From the IMG/VR virus record IMGVR_UViG_3300047539_000004: 37,360 nucleotides of DNA. One strand, given 5' to 3'. The translations under genes and the position numbers were made by a program. Source of the DNA: an uncultured virus (IMG/VR IMGVR_UViG_3300047539_000004) (taxonomy: Duplodnaviria; Heunggongvirae; Uroviricota; Caudoviricetes). Position 1 is the stretch's first letter. Every line of letters starts with the position of its first letter. The notes under the pieces are model-generated. The model worked only from the letters and a program-made list of their open reading frames with translations, made no database searches and was not told where the DNA came from. Below, piece after piece: positions 17,382 through 25,608 of this stretch.

Positions 17382-17581
17382 GCGGTAAGCCTTTCATAAG
17401 TCAAACGCTGGCCATCAACTGCGGCGATGAACGAGTCCAGCCGGTCCAAAGTGTGATTTGCTACGTTGCCAGCATTCAGCCGGAAGGTGACTTCATTGAC
17501 GTACCGAGCAACGTGTTTGGCGCTAATGTGATGCCAAGTTCCATAGACGCCGCGTTTGAGGAGTGCCCAGACAAACTCCAA
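17378..17581 (-). pseudogene. IS1595-family DDE transposase, C-terminal fragment
   Basis: VWALLKRGVYGTWHHISAKHVARYVNEVTFRLN...GQRLTYERL; N-terminal part absent. Confidence 0.85.
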
Positions 17582-17775
17582 TCAATTGAATAGTTTCCTG
17601 TAGCTGGCTGTGAGTTTTGGACAAGGATTAGATAGTGCCCAAGTTGGCCAGTAGTTGTTGGTGTAGTCCATGCATACAGAAGTTGGCTAGGGGGAACATC
17701 TTGGGCTGTTACGGAAACAGACCCGAAGCCGAGTAGCAGTCCAATAAAAAGGACGAATGTGATAAACTTTGACAT
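17476..17775 (-). pseudogene. Secreted protein probably truncated by IS-derived DNA
   Basis: Signal peptide MSKFITFVLFIGLLLGFGSVSVTAQ; after about 17585 it reads out of frame through the transposase fragment. Confidence 0.5.
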
Positions 17776-17954
17776 TATTCTTGACTCCGGGTTTGTTTTG
17801 TTATATCGAATTCTGGTGCAGGTTGAGAAACTACGATTACTTTATCTAAATTCTCTTTCTCTGCTGCTTCAGCATAACGAGCCTTCCACATTTGATGTGC
17901 GGCTTCGTCTCTGTCTGTTCCTTGAAGGTTCGACACACAGTTAGATGCTCTCAT
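17775..17954 (-). CDS. Small hypothetical protein (59 aa)
   Basis: ATG 17954 after AGGA; TAATG overlap with the next gene. Confidence 0.5.
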   Translation of the reverse strand: MRASNCVSNLQGTDRDEAAHQMWKARYAEAAEKENLDKVIVVSQPAPEFDITKQTRSQE

Positions 17955-18124
17955 AGGAAATCCTATAGTACAAGGGGCAGGGAGAGGGATTCTCCAAGGT
18001 CTGCCCCTAATCAATCCTCCGTAAGATAGGTAAAATAAAGGGTGTGGGAGTTTAGAGACTACCTTACGGCATTCTAAACCCGGAGGAGGCCACACCCTGT
18101 TCTCTTTTGATCATGTATACGTAT

Positions 18125-18154
18125 AGTATAACAGATCAATCCGTTTGTTGTCAA
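18125..18154 (-). promoter_or_regulatory. Sigma70-type promoter
   Basis: TTGACA-18-TATACT with TG extension. Confidence 0.65.
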
Positions 18155-18206
18155 TAGGTAACTCTGTAAATTGTTGATTCTAAAGCAACTATAGTTGAAA
18201 GATTTT

Positions 18207-18740
18207 TTAGGAATTTACTTTTCTTACTTTTTTCCTCTTTATTTTCTGTGATTTAGGCACACTACGCGCCTTCTCCTCTACAGAAACCTGCTTTGCAGAT
18301 ACAACTACTACCTTCTCTTCTTTTGAAAATGGACTCTTAAAGCCCTTGATATAATAAGGACTTCTGTAAACCGGCTCAACCTTCTTCCTCTCATGCATCA
18401 ACACACGAACATCAAACTTATCGTGACAGGGTATACACAAAGGAACCAAATTACCGATAACGTTTGTTCCTCCACGGCATATGGGAACTACATGATGCCT
18501 GTGTTTAGCGAACGAATCACATAAATAACACTTTGTTGTCCCTGACCATAAATCTATCAAATCATTCGAAATCTCTTTAAAAGCATGTCTCATTATGATC
18601 ATGTCTATTTTAGATACCCAATTACCTTTTCGTAAACTACGCGTTAAGAAATCAAGTCTCTGACTCTTATGTATTGTATACAATGGACAGCCGACAAACA
18701 ACTCGCTTTCTGGTGTGTTTTCAGTAAGAACCTTCTCCAT
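18207..18740 (-). CDS. Free-standing HNH endonuclease
   Basis: CYLC...HHVVPICRGGTNVIGNLVPLCIPCH. Confidence 0.85.
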   Translation of the reverse strand: MEKVLTENTPESELFVGCPLYTIHKSQRLDFLTRSLRKGNWVSKIDMIIMRHAFKEISNDLIDLWSGTTKCYLCDSFAKHRHHVVPICRGGTNVIGNLVPLCIPCHDKFDVRVLMHERKKVEPVYRSPYYIKGFKSPFSKEEKVVVVSAKQVSVEEKARSVPKSQKIKRKKVRKVNS

Positions 18741-19181
18741 AATCCCCTTTTAGATACACCTACGGCTTTCCTTTATGCCAGTATTCTTATTATTTAATAT
18801 CACTACTGTTATAATATGATTCAAAACAGTACTGAAGTAACAATAAGTAACTATGGCATGAATCCAAGAGGTAAATTCTCCTCTCTAGCGGTTAAGATGA
18901 TGCTCTCTATCAGCCATGATATTTGTAAGAGCCACTGTTTACAATCAACTCGAAGATCATATCTTGTTGATTCCATTGCTGGTTACATGATTTCTTTTAG
19001 CATTTCTGCTTACTGGGCGCGTTCAATACGCGCAAGTCAACCGGGACGCAGCCGTAGATAGTAAGATCAAGTACTTACTCGTTGCCCGGAAAGACCCACT
19101 ACTCCATACATCTTCGTGGGATAGAAACCATTTTCAACGTTGTTCACCACTATAACTCATTTGCTTACAACTATGTGGATA

Positions 19182-19210
19182 AGCATAACACATCTATTCA
19201 GAAATGTCAA
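19182..19210 (-). promoter_or_regulatory. Sigma70-type promoter next to a DnaA-box match
   Basis: TTGACA-17-TATGCT; TTATCCACA at 19174-19182. Confidence 0.55.
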
Positions 19211-19218
19211 GCCTTTTT

Positions 19219-19656
19219 CTAAATATATTTTTGATACTTGGAAAGTGCGTCTGCAACCTTGTTATCGTCTCTAGGAACCCAATCGAAGAACAGGATTGCC
19301 CCAAGTTCCCTTAAAGTTCGTGCTTCAGTTACCGCAAACTCAGCGGCAGGATAGTAAAGTGACTCGGAATGAGCCTTTCTCTTCTTTTTCATAATGTTTA
19401 TGGCAAGAACTGAGTCTCCACGAACAAATATCTGAAACTTTTCAGTCTTATTTTGCTTTACTAGTTTGGTTATATACTCAAGACCTTTATATAGCCCGAA
19501 GAATTCTGCGTAGTTGTTCCCAAATCCTGTACCAATTTTACCGCCAGCAGCAATTTCTTCTTGGCCATCTTCTGTTATAATGAATGAGTAAGTTGCTGTA
19601 CCACCGGGGTTCTTTGGACCGCAACTGCCATCGAATGAAAGGATTAGATTTCTCAT
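19219..19656 (-). CDS. rnhA: Ribonuclease HI
   Basis: FDGSC, NNYAEF, RGDS, WVPRDDNKVADALS (DEDD motif). Confidence 0.9.
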   Translation of the reverse strand: MRNLILSFDGSCGPKNPGGTATYSFIITEDGQEEIAAGGKIGTGFGNNYAEFFGLYKGLEYITKLVKQNKTEKFQIFVRGDSVLAINIMKKKRKAHSESLYYPAAEFAVTEARTLRELGAILFFDWVPRDDNKVADALSKYQKYI

Positions 19657-19662
19657 GCTCTG

Positions 19663-19745
19663 ATCTTACCACATGTCTGTCAATTTGTCAAGGGAAAAAT
19701 TCAATATTTTTAAATCTTGACAAAGACACCCTTCTGTGGTATAGT
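19663..19745. promoter_or_regulatory. Back-to-back divergent promoters for RNase H and DNA polymerase
   Basis: Minus strand TTGACA-17-TAAGAT (19691-19663); plus strand TTGACA-17-TATAGT (19717-19745); each -10 box is 6 nt from an ATG. Confidence 0.8.
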
Positions 19746-19751
19746 AATTGG

Positions 19752-22301
19752 ATGGATGCAATCAGACAGCCTCTAGTACTTAACCCGCCTCCGAATATCA
19801 CAAGAGTTGTTGATATGGAAAGTTTGGACAAGCTTCTTGCCTTCTTGGAGAAGACTCCCGAATTCGGGTTCGACATTGAAACCACACCGACAAAGGACTA
19901 CTACTTCCGTAGAATCAGGACTTTACAGTTCGGCAACAATCAAGAGCAATACGTAATAGACCTACTTGCATGGTGTGATTACAACCCAGATGTATTGTAT
20001 GCGTGTCAAGGAGACTACGGCAAGGTTACGGCAATAGAGCCAAATATCGGAATGCTGGTTTCGAAGCTTTCTCCATATTTATCTTCCAACAAGTATCTCA
20101 AAGTGGGCGTGAACCTTGGTTTCGAGTATGAGTGTCTTTATTGGTTACTGGGGTTACGTACCTATGGTTACTATGACTGTATGCTTGCTGAGAAGTGTAT
20201 ATATGCCGGATTGGGTGGACACGCAAGCCTTAAGAACTACGGCTTCTATTCGATGGAAGATATGATGGACAGATACTTCCAAGTAATAATAGACAAGGAG
20301 TTGCAGACTTCGTTCAATCTTGACACGCTATTGACAGATGCTCAAGTAGAATATGCGGCACTCGACACAAGAACGCCACTTGCTATAAAGACTTTGCAGA
20401 GAGCCGTGGCCAATGGAACGACAGCGGAAAGCGCTCTGAAGAAAGGCAATCCCAAGCTAGCTAATTTTCTGTCCAAACTTAATCCTCTGATTCTTGGGGA
20501 CAACCTCAACAAGATTGTCGAGATTGAAAATAACGCACTGGGTAGCTTCGTTGATATGAAGGTTCACGGAGAGAACTTTGATTCAGTAAAATGGCTTGCG
20601 CGTGTAGCTGCTGAGACAGTAGAATATAAGAAACTTTTGGAGAAGTTGGATGAGTTCTTCTTACCTATCGTTGGCTCTAAGAATGAAAATATTAGCGATG
20701 CTGAAATTGCAAAACTCGAAGCTGAGTGGAAGTCGTACAACGAAGTTCCCGAAAAAGAAACCAACATGAAGAAAATGTTGCGTTTGGCTAAAAAAACCAA
20801 CGATGCTGACGGGATCGAAGCTGTTACGCATTTTCTTGAAGGAGCCGAAGCTTGGAGAAAAGAACAGAAAGAAGTATTGAAGAAAGTGTGCGGAGACGCA
20901 AAGAAAAAGAGAACGATCATTAACAAGCTGTTTGAGAAGTGTGAGGGAGAGGCGCTAATCAATTACGACTCAAGTTCACAGTTGCTCAAAATACTTAAGA
21001 CTAAGTATAAAGCTTTGGATACAGAAACCGGATTGGACGATGAAGTTCTTGAGAAACACATTCACATACCAATTATGAAGTTGATTCAGGATGCACACGG
21101 TCTGTCCAAGAAGTTAAGCACCTATGGAACCGCTTGGGGATACAAATGGAAGACGCATCCTTGCCTTGAGGAAGGTTGGTTACATCCCGGCGATGGAAGA
21201 CTTCATAGTGATTTTAACCAGTACGATGCGGAAACCGGGAGAAGCAGTTCGTCTAAACCAAACGGGCAAAACATCCCACACGTAGATGAAGTTCGCGCAT
21301 GTTGGGTTGCTGATGAACCGGACGAACACGGTGAGCGCATACTGATTACTATTGATATGTCTGGTGCAGAGCTACGCATCCTTACTGAAGAAGCTAAAGA
21401 CCCAATATGGATTAAAGCGTTTGCTGACAATGAAGATGTTCACTCGGTCTGTACAGAATTAGTTGAGGGAGAAGTGGTTTGGAAAAGCATGGCTCTCCCG
21501 GATTGTGCATACTTCAAACTAAAAGCAAATGGAGAACCACAGAGACACAAATGCAAGTGCCCGTTGCATAATGCAGCGCGTGACGGCATGAAGCCTACTA
21601 ATTTTGGTTTGCCATATGGGATTGGTCCCCGCAAACTGTCTATCCAGATTGGAAAAACGTTCAAAGATACTTGCGCTTTGATGGCGAAACACAAACAAGA
21701 GTTCCCGTACATTTGGGAATATCTTGCAGACTCTGGTAGCAAGTCTAAGATTCAGAAAAAGTCTTTCGATATGTTCGGTAGGAGAAGACTTTTCCCGGAG
21801 CCAACTTGGGAAGGCGCAAGAGAAAGATTCATCGAAGACTATGCCGACAAGCTACTTCTACCTGATGAAGATTGTGAGAAGACTCTAGAAGCCTTCTTAA
21901 CAATCAATGGGCGCAAACCAAACGTAGAAGAGAAGTACACACTGACCCATAGACAGCCGACACCCAAGGAGATTTCAAAGTCGTTCCAAGGGATGTTCGG
22001 GAACATGGAGCGTCAAGGCAAGAACCACAGGATTCAGTCTGCGAACGCTACGATTATTAAGTTAGCAATGGGAGCCGGGTATGACCCAGACGGCAAGCCT
22101 TATCTCTGGCACTTGTTCCCAAAATTCTTTGCGAGATTGCAGAAAATGGTTCACGATGAACTAGTGGTTTCTGTGCCCAAGATTTATGCAGAGGATTGCG
22201 CGAAGGCAATTCAGGATGCAATCCGCAGAGCCGCCGCAGAAAGAATGAAGTTAGTTGAGATGAAGTCTGAGTATCATATTGGAGGCGTATGGCAAAAGTA
22301 A
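19752..22301 (+). CDS. polA: Family A DNA polymerase with 3'-5' exonuclease, no 5'-3' exonuclease (849 aa)
   Basis: FDIET, YAALD, ETGRSSSSKPNGQNIP, motif A DMSGAELR, motif B KPTNFGLPYG, motif C VHDELV; start moved to ATG 19752. Confidence 0.93.
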   Translation: MDAIRQPLVLNPPPNITRVVDMESLDKLLAFLEKTPEFGFDIETTPTKDYYFRRIRTLQFGNNQEQYVIDLLAWCDYNPDVLYACQGDYGKVTAIEPNIGMLVSKLSPYLSSNKYLKVGVNLGFEYECLYWLLGLRTYGYYDCMLAEKCIYAGLGGHASLKNYGFYSMEDMMDRYFQVIIDKELQTSFNLDTLLTDAQVEYAALDTRTPLAIKTLQRAVANGTTAESALKKGNPKLANFLSKLNPLILGDNLNKIVEIENNALGSFVDMKVHGENFDSVKWLARVAAETVEYKKLLEKLDEFFLPIVGSKNENISDAEIAKLEAEWKSYNEVPEKETNMKKMLRLAKKTNDADGIEAVTHFLEGAEAWRKEQKEVLKKVCGDAKKKRTIINKLFEKCEGEALINYDSSSQLLKILKTKYKALDTETGLDDEVLEKHIHIPIMKLIQDAHGLSKKLSTYGTAWGYKWKTHPCLEEGWLHPGDGRLHSDFNQYDAETGRSSSSKPNGQNIPHVDEVRACWVADEPDEHGERILITIDMSGAELRILTEEAKDPIWIKAFADNEDVHSVCTELVEGEVVWKSMALPDCAYFKLKANGEPQRHKCKCPLHNAARDGMKPTNFGLPYGIGPRKLSIQIGKTFKDTCALMAKHKQEFPYIWEYLADSGSKSKIQKKSFDMFGRRRLFPEPTWEGARERFIEDYADKLLLPDEDCEKTLEAFLTINGRKPNVEEKYTLTHRQPTPKEISKSFQGMFGNMERQGKNHRIQSANATIIKLAMGAGYDPDGKPYLWHLFPKFFARLQKMVHDELVVSVPKIYAEDCAKAIQDAIRRAAAERMKLVEMKSEYHIGGVWQK

Positions 22302-22705
22302 AAGTAAAAGTTTACAGAACAAAAATTCCACTTCCTATTTATGGCTACGCTGTACATCTAATTTATACAGATAACTTAGAAGAGGCTTTTAAACAGGAAA
22401 TGGTAAACGACAAATTAAATATTACTTGGCTTCCGGGGGAAGGGTCAGAAGGATTTCATGTCCATCCGAAAGACAGAAACTTCTCATATATCTTCTTGAA
22501 AATGGGTGCATCGCTTGACGAAATCGTGCATGAGGCGTATCATGGTGTTTGTGGCCTGATGAAGTGGATTGGGGCAGAATATGAAGAAGAGATATGTGCG
22601 TACACTATCGGATACCTTGTAAGCCTAATGGAATCTGATTACCGTGACGCGAAAAAAAAGTACGAAAAAACCAAAAAAGTGCTTGACAAGACGGAAAAGG
22701 TCTGA
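22289..22705 (+). CDS. HExxH-motif protein
   Basis: IVHEAYH...EEEICAY; GGAGG RBS. Confidence 0.7.
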   Translation: MAKVKVKVYRTKIPLPIYGYAVHLIYTDNLEEAFKQEMVNDKLNITWLPGEGSEGFHVHPKDRNFSYIFLKMGASLDEIVHEAYHGVCGLMKWIGAEYEEEICAYTIGYLVSLMESDYRDAKKKYEKTKKVLDKTEKV

Positions 22706-22711
22706 TACAAT
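22683..22711 (+). promoter_or_regulatory. Sigma70-type promoter
   Basis: TTGACA-17-TACAAT with TG extension. Confidence 0.7.
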
Positions 22712-22740
22712 GGTAAGTGAAGTCAAGAAAGGGAGAATGG

Positions 22741-22917
22741 ATGAGCAAACTTAAGGTTAAGCGCGACACGGCAGTTCGTCTTATCGTTGAAGATTTGGTA
22801 AACCTTCCTAGTGAATACTTATCAAAGATTCTGAACATAATTGTTAAAGCGGGGTGTTCAAGTTATGTTGCCAGTGACGATTATGATACACACTACAAAG
22901 TAAAAGAAAGTGACTAA
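22741..22917 (+). CDS. Small hypothetical protein
   Basis: ATG after GGGAG. Confidence 0.55.
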   Translation: MSKLKVKRDTAVRLIVEDLVNLPSEYLSKILNIIVKAGCSSYVASDDYDTHYKVKESD

Positions 22918-23113
22918 TGTTTAATGCATCGTAAATGCATTTGGTGGAGGGCCGTAAAACGCCCCCGGAAAAGGGGTTTTGTGACAGACAATAACTACAT
23001 ATTAGATGCAGATAACAACCCTGTCTTAGAGCCTGATATTTTGAAGTGGGCCAAGTGGTATGAAACAGCTAATCGCCATGTTGGAAATACAGTTCTGGGT
23101 AATATAAAAATAT

Positions 23114-23602
23114 GGGACTTATATACTTGAGTCCCTCGGGGCGATAAATGGCTAAGTTTTCACAGAAATTTGATTCCGCAAAGCAGGACTGGACAACGCC
23201 TGATGCTCTCTTCGATCCAATCGACGCCGAGTTTCACTTCACTCTCGACGCGGCTGCAGATGAGCAGAACGCGAGGGCTGCAAAGTTCTTTACGGAGTCT
23301 GACGACGGCTTGCGGCAGGACTGGGGTGCTGAAACTGTTTGGCTCAATCCTCCCTACGGTGCTCGCGCTGGCAAACTCTCTGATTGGGTTAGCAAAGCCG
23401 CTGACGCCGCCACGAAGGGAGCAACAGTTGTGATGCTCATTCCAGCGCGAACGAACACAAATTGGTTTCATGAGATTTGCCTGCGATGGGGCATCGTTCG
23501 CTTCATTAAGGGCCGACCGAGATTCGGAGACGCAAAACATGGGTTACCACAACCGCTATGCCTTGTGATCTTCCAACCGAGGGACTCAAGTATATAAGTC
23601 CC
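23114..23602. mobile_element. 489-bp transposase-less insertion cassette (IS1595-like ends)
   Basis: Perfect 26-bp TIRs GGGACTTATATACTTGAGTCCCTCGG (23114-23139 and 23577-23602); 8-bp TSD AAAAATAT (23106-23113, 23603-23610). Confidence 0.92.
23148..23597 (+). CDS. Phage-type DNA N6-adenine methyltransferase
   Basis: DWTTP, FTLDAAA, VWLNPPYG, VVMLIPARTNTNWFH. Confidence 0.9.
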   Translation: MAKFSQKFDSAKQDWTTPDALFDPIDAEFHFTLDAAADEQNARAAKFFTESDDGLRQDWGAETVWLNPPYGARAGKLSDWVSKAADAATKGATVVMLIPARTNTNWFHEICLRWGIVRFIKGRPRFGDAKHGLPQPLCLVIFQPRDSSI

Positions 23603-23829
23603 AAAAATATCAACAGTCTTCCTTGGACTAGATCATAATTTTGGAGGCTTTGGACCACCCGTTTTGTGGGAGACAATAATATTCGGCGGGGAGCATGACG
23701 ATTACCAAGAAAGGTACACTAGTTATAAAAGGGCAGTAAATGGTCACAAACTTGCAGTAGATATGGTTAAGAAAGAGTTGTTCGAGAAAGCTATGACGCA
23801 TTAAGGGCTATTAATCGCAATATGATAGC

Positions 23830-24235
23830 CTAGCTGTAAGATAACGCTCGTGAAAAGACGTTATTATGATAGGCGCACAACACGCGGGTTCAAATCCCGC
23901 CGCGTCCACCACAGATAGCATTGGGTGTTTCGGAAGACCCTATAGCTGAACCGACAGCGTGCTATCTGTTGTGGGCGCGATCTGGGAATCGACTGGCGCA
24001 TTGTTGGGATAACGACGAGCAGGGACTGATGCTCACCTTAACGAGAGTCAAACACAGATGCGAACGATAGTTCAAATCTTATGGAACAGCGCTATCTTGC
24101 ACTTGGGAATGCCTTAGCGGGTGGACTCAGTGTTGATGGTCTTCAGAATACCGAAGTTGCTATTCCAGAACTAATTGCAGCCTAAAAACTGTGGATACGC
24201 GCTGCCCTTTTGCGTGGGAACAGAAAAAGGGGCAA
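23830..24235 (+). ncRNA. ssrA: Circularly permuted (two-piece) tmRNA; outer ends approximate
   Basis: T-arm and CGCGTCC-ACCA end at 23911, upstream of the 5' acceptor strand GGGCGCG (23973-23979); G3:U70 pair; tag frame 24060-24185 starts AND and ends LIAA*. Confidence 0.88.
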
Positions 24236-24357
24236 ATTTTAGTCTCTAACCTTATTCTAGGGGTCGCAACCCAGAAGTTAGGTAGAGGGGTTAGGTGGTT
24301 CCCCACGGCGTGAGCTTAAAATCACCCAGTTTAATGTTGGGATAGTTGAATGAACAC

Positions 24358-24386
24358 TTGACAAAGAATCTGTGCTAGTGTACCAT
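24358..24386 (+). promoter_or_regulatory. Sigma70-type promoter for the tRNA region
   Basis: TTGACA-17-TACCAT. Confidence 0.65.
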
Positions 24387-24437
24387 AGAGTTCAAGTGGG
24401 GCTATCCAGTACACCCTAAGTTTTGTAGAGCATTTAT

Positions 24438-24515
24438 CGGTGTATAGCTCAGTCTGGACAGAGCATTCCGTTTGGGGCGGAAGGGCCAGAGGTTCGAATC
24501 CTTTTACGCCGACCA
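24438..24515 (+). tRNA. tRNA-Pro(TGG)
   Basis: Acceptor CGGTGTA/TACGCCG-ACCA; anticodon arm TTCCG-TTTGGGG-CGGAA. Confidence 0.92.
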
Positions 24516-24547
24516 GTTCTTGTATAATGTTTTAAGAGAGGAAAACA

Positions 24548-25097
24548 TGAAAATTTCACTTCGCAAAGCAAACGCAGTTCAGGGACTGATTAACGAACAG
24601 ATTAATCAGAAGTTTGGCAACGGTGTGTCGATTAACAAGTACGCCGATGTGCAAAGGTAATTTGTAGAGACAATCCAAAAGAAGTTTTCGTTAATAGCGT
24701 GTTGTACACCATACGCGAAAAGGTAGCCGATGCTGGACACAAGGCCGGGGTAGCTGCATTGCTATCTGAACTTGCTGGCTTGTCCAAGGAAGAGGAGTTT
24801 TCAAAGCAGATTGCGGCTACTCCATCTTTCCTTCCACCCTTGAAGTCCATTCTTTCGGCTATTGAAGACCTTAAGAAAGAACCCGCACCTTCCGGTAACT
24901 ATTCATATTCCCGCAAGGATAATGTGGAAGTGCCACTTCTCACTAAAGAGTTTGTGGAGACTCACAGAAAATCAGCCGTTGATATTCGCAAAGAGAAGCA
25001 GAAACTCTCTGACATGTTGCTTCATCTGAACGTGTCAACGGAAATCGAGTTGAGTCCGTTTGAGGAAACGGTTCTCACAAAGTACGACATAATTTAA
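24548..25097 (+). pseudogene. Frameshifted helical phage protein (MKISLRKANAVQ...)
   Basis: Strong RBS and ATG at 24548, stop at 24658-24660; the rest (24699-25097) is in the +1 frame with no RBS. Confidence 0.55.
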
Positions 25098-25098
25098 T

Positions 25099-25341
25099 CT
25101 TTGGTGCTCTCGTATGGGTTTGAGAGCGGAGGGCACTAGAGCGGCACAAACCTTATCGCACCCCGTAAGGGGTTCAATCTGACCCAAAATCAGATGGGTG
25201 TAAAAACCCGCTTGTTACGTGTAACCCGGATAGACTTTATACTTCGTATATCTGCATGTTGCTCCGGGGACAGATGTAACTGATGCACGTTGAGGCTTGC
25301 AAATCGCATATCGCCTATTGTCCTGATAAGCGTTTGTGCCG
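25099..25341 (+). ncRNA. Unidentified structured RNA
   Basis: CGGCACAAAC-CTTATC (25142-25157) pairs with GATAAG-C-GTTTGTGCCG (25325-25341), enclosing several hairpins. Confidence 0.5.
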
Positions 25342-25352
25342 TCAAAGTTTAG

Positions 25353-25429
25353 GAGAGATTAGTTCAGCCCGGTAGAACGTCTGCCCTACACGCAGAATGT
25401 CACAGGTTCAAATCCTGTATTTCTCACCA
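25353..25429 (+). tRNA. tRNA-Val(TAC)
   Basis: Acceptor GAGAGAT/ATTTCTC-ACCA; anticodon arm TCTGC-CCTACAC-GCAGA. Confidence 0.85.
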
Positions 25430-25470
25430 GACTGTCCGAAGTTTGTGGTATTTTTCGGACAAATGACTGT

Positions 25471-25554
25471 GCTCGAATGGTGGAACCGCAGACACAATGC
25501 GTTTAGAGCGCATCGCCGAAAGGCATGGGGGTTCAAATCCCTCTTCGAGTACCA
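25471..25554 (+). tRNA. tRNA-Leu(TAG)
   Basis: Acceptor GCTCGAA/TTCGAGT-ACCA; anticodon arm ATGCG-TTTAGAG-CGCAT; long variable arm. Confidence 0.88.
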
Positions 25555-25608
25555 AATGTACTTTCAATAGCAGATTAACTGCTGTAAGATACTTTGTAGG
25601 AAGGTAAA

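Larger units (their letters stand above)
22981..23804 (+). pseudogene. Phage hypothetical gene (108 aa when restored) split by a mobile cassette
   Basis: Removing 23114-23610 rejoins ...VLGNIKI|STVFLGLDHNFGGFGPPVLWETIIFGGEHDDYQERY...* in frame. Confidence 0.85.

Noticed and set aside
16553..17593. 346-aa plus-strand ORF
   Set aside because: Antisense to recognisable genes in a GC-rich block; no motif or RBS
19584..19751. N-terminal extension of the polymerase
   Set aside because: Overlaps RNase H and both promoters; ATG 19752 fits better
19752..22301. Intein or intron in the polymerase
   Set aside because: Frame is continuous and the inserts lack intein terminal motifs
23884..23911. Truncated tRNA or attP remnant
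   Set aside because: The complementary acceptor strand and a tag frame lie downstream, which fits a permuted tmRNA
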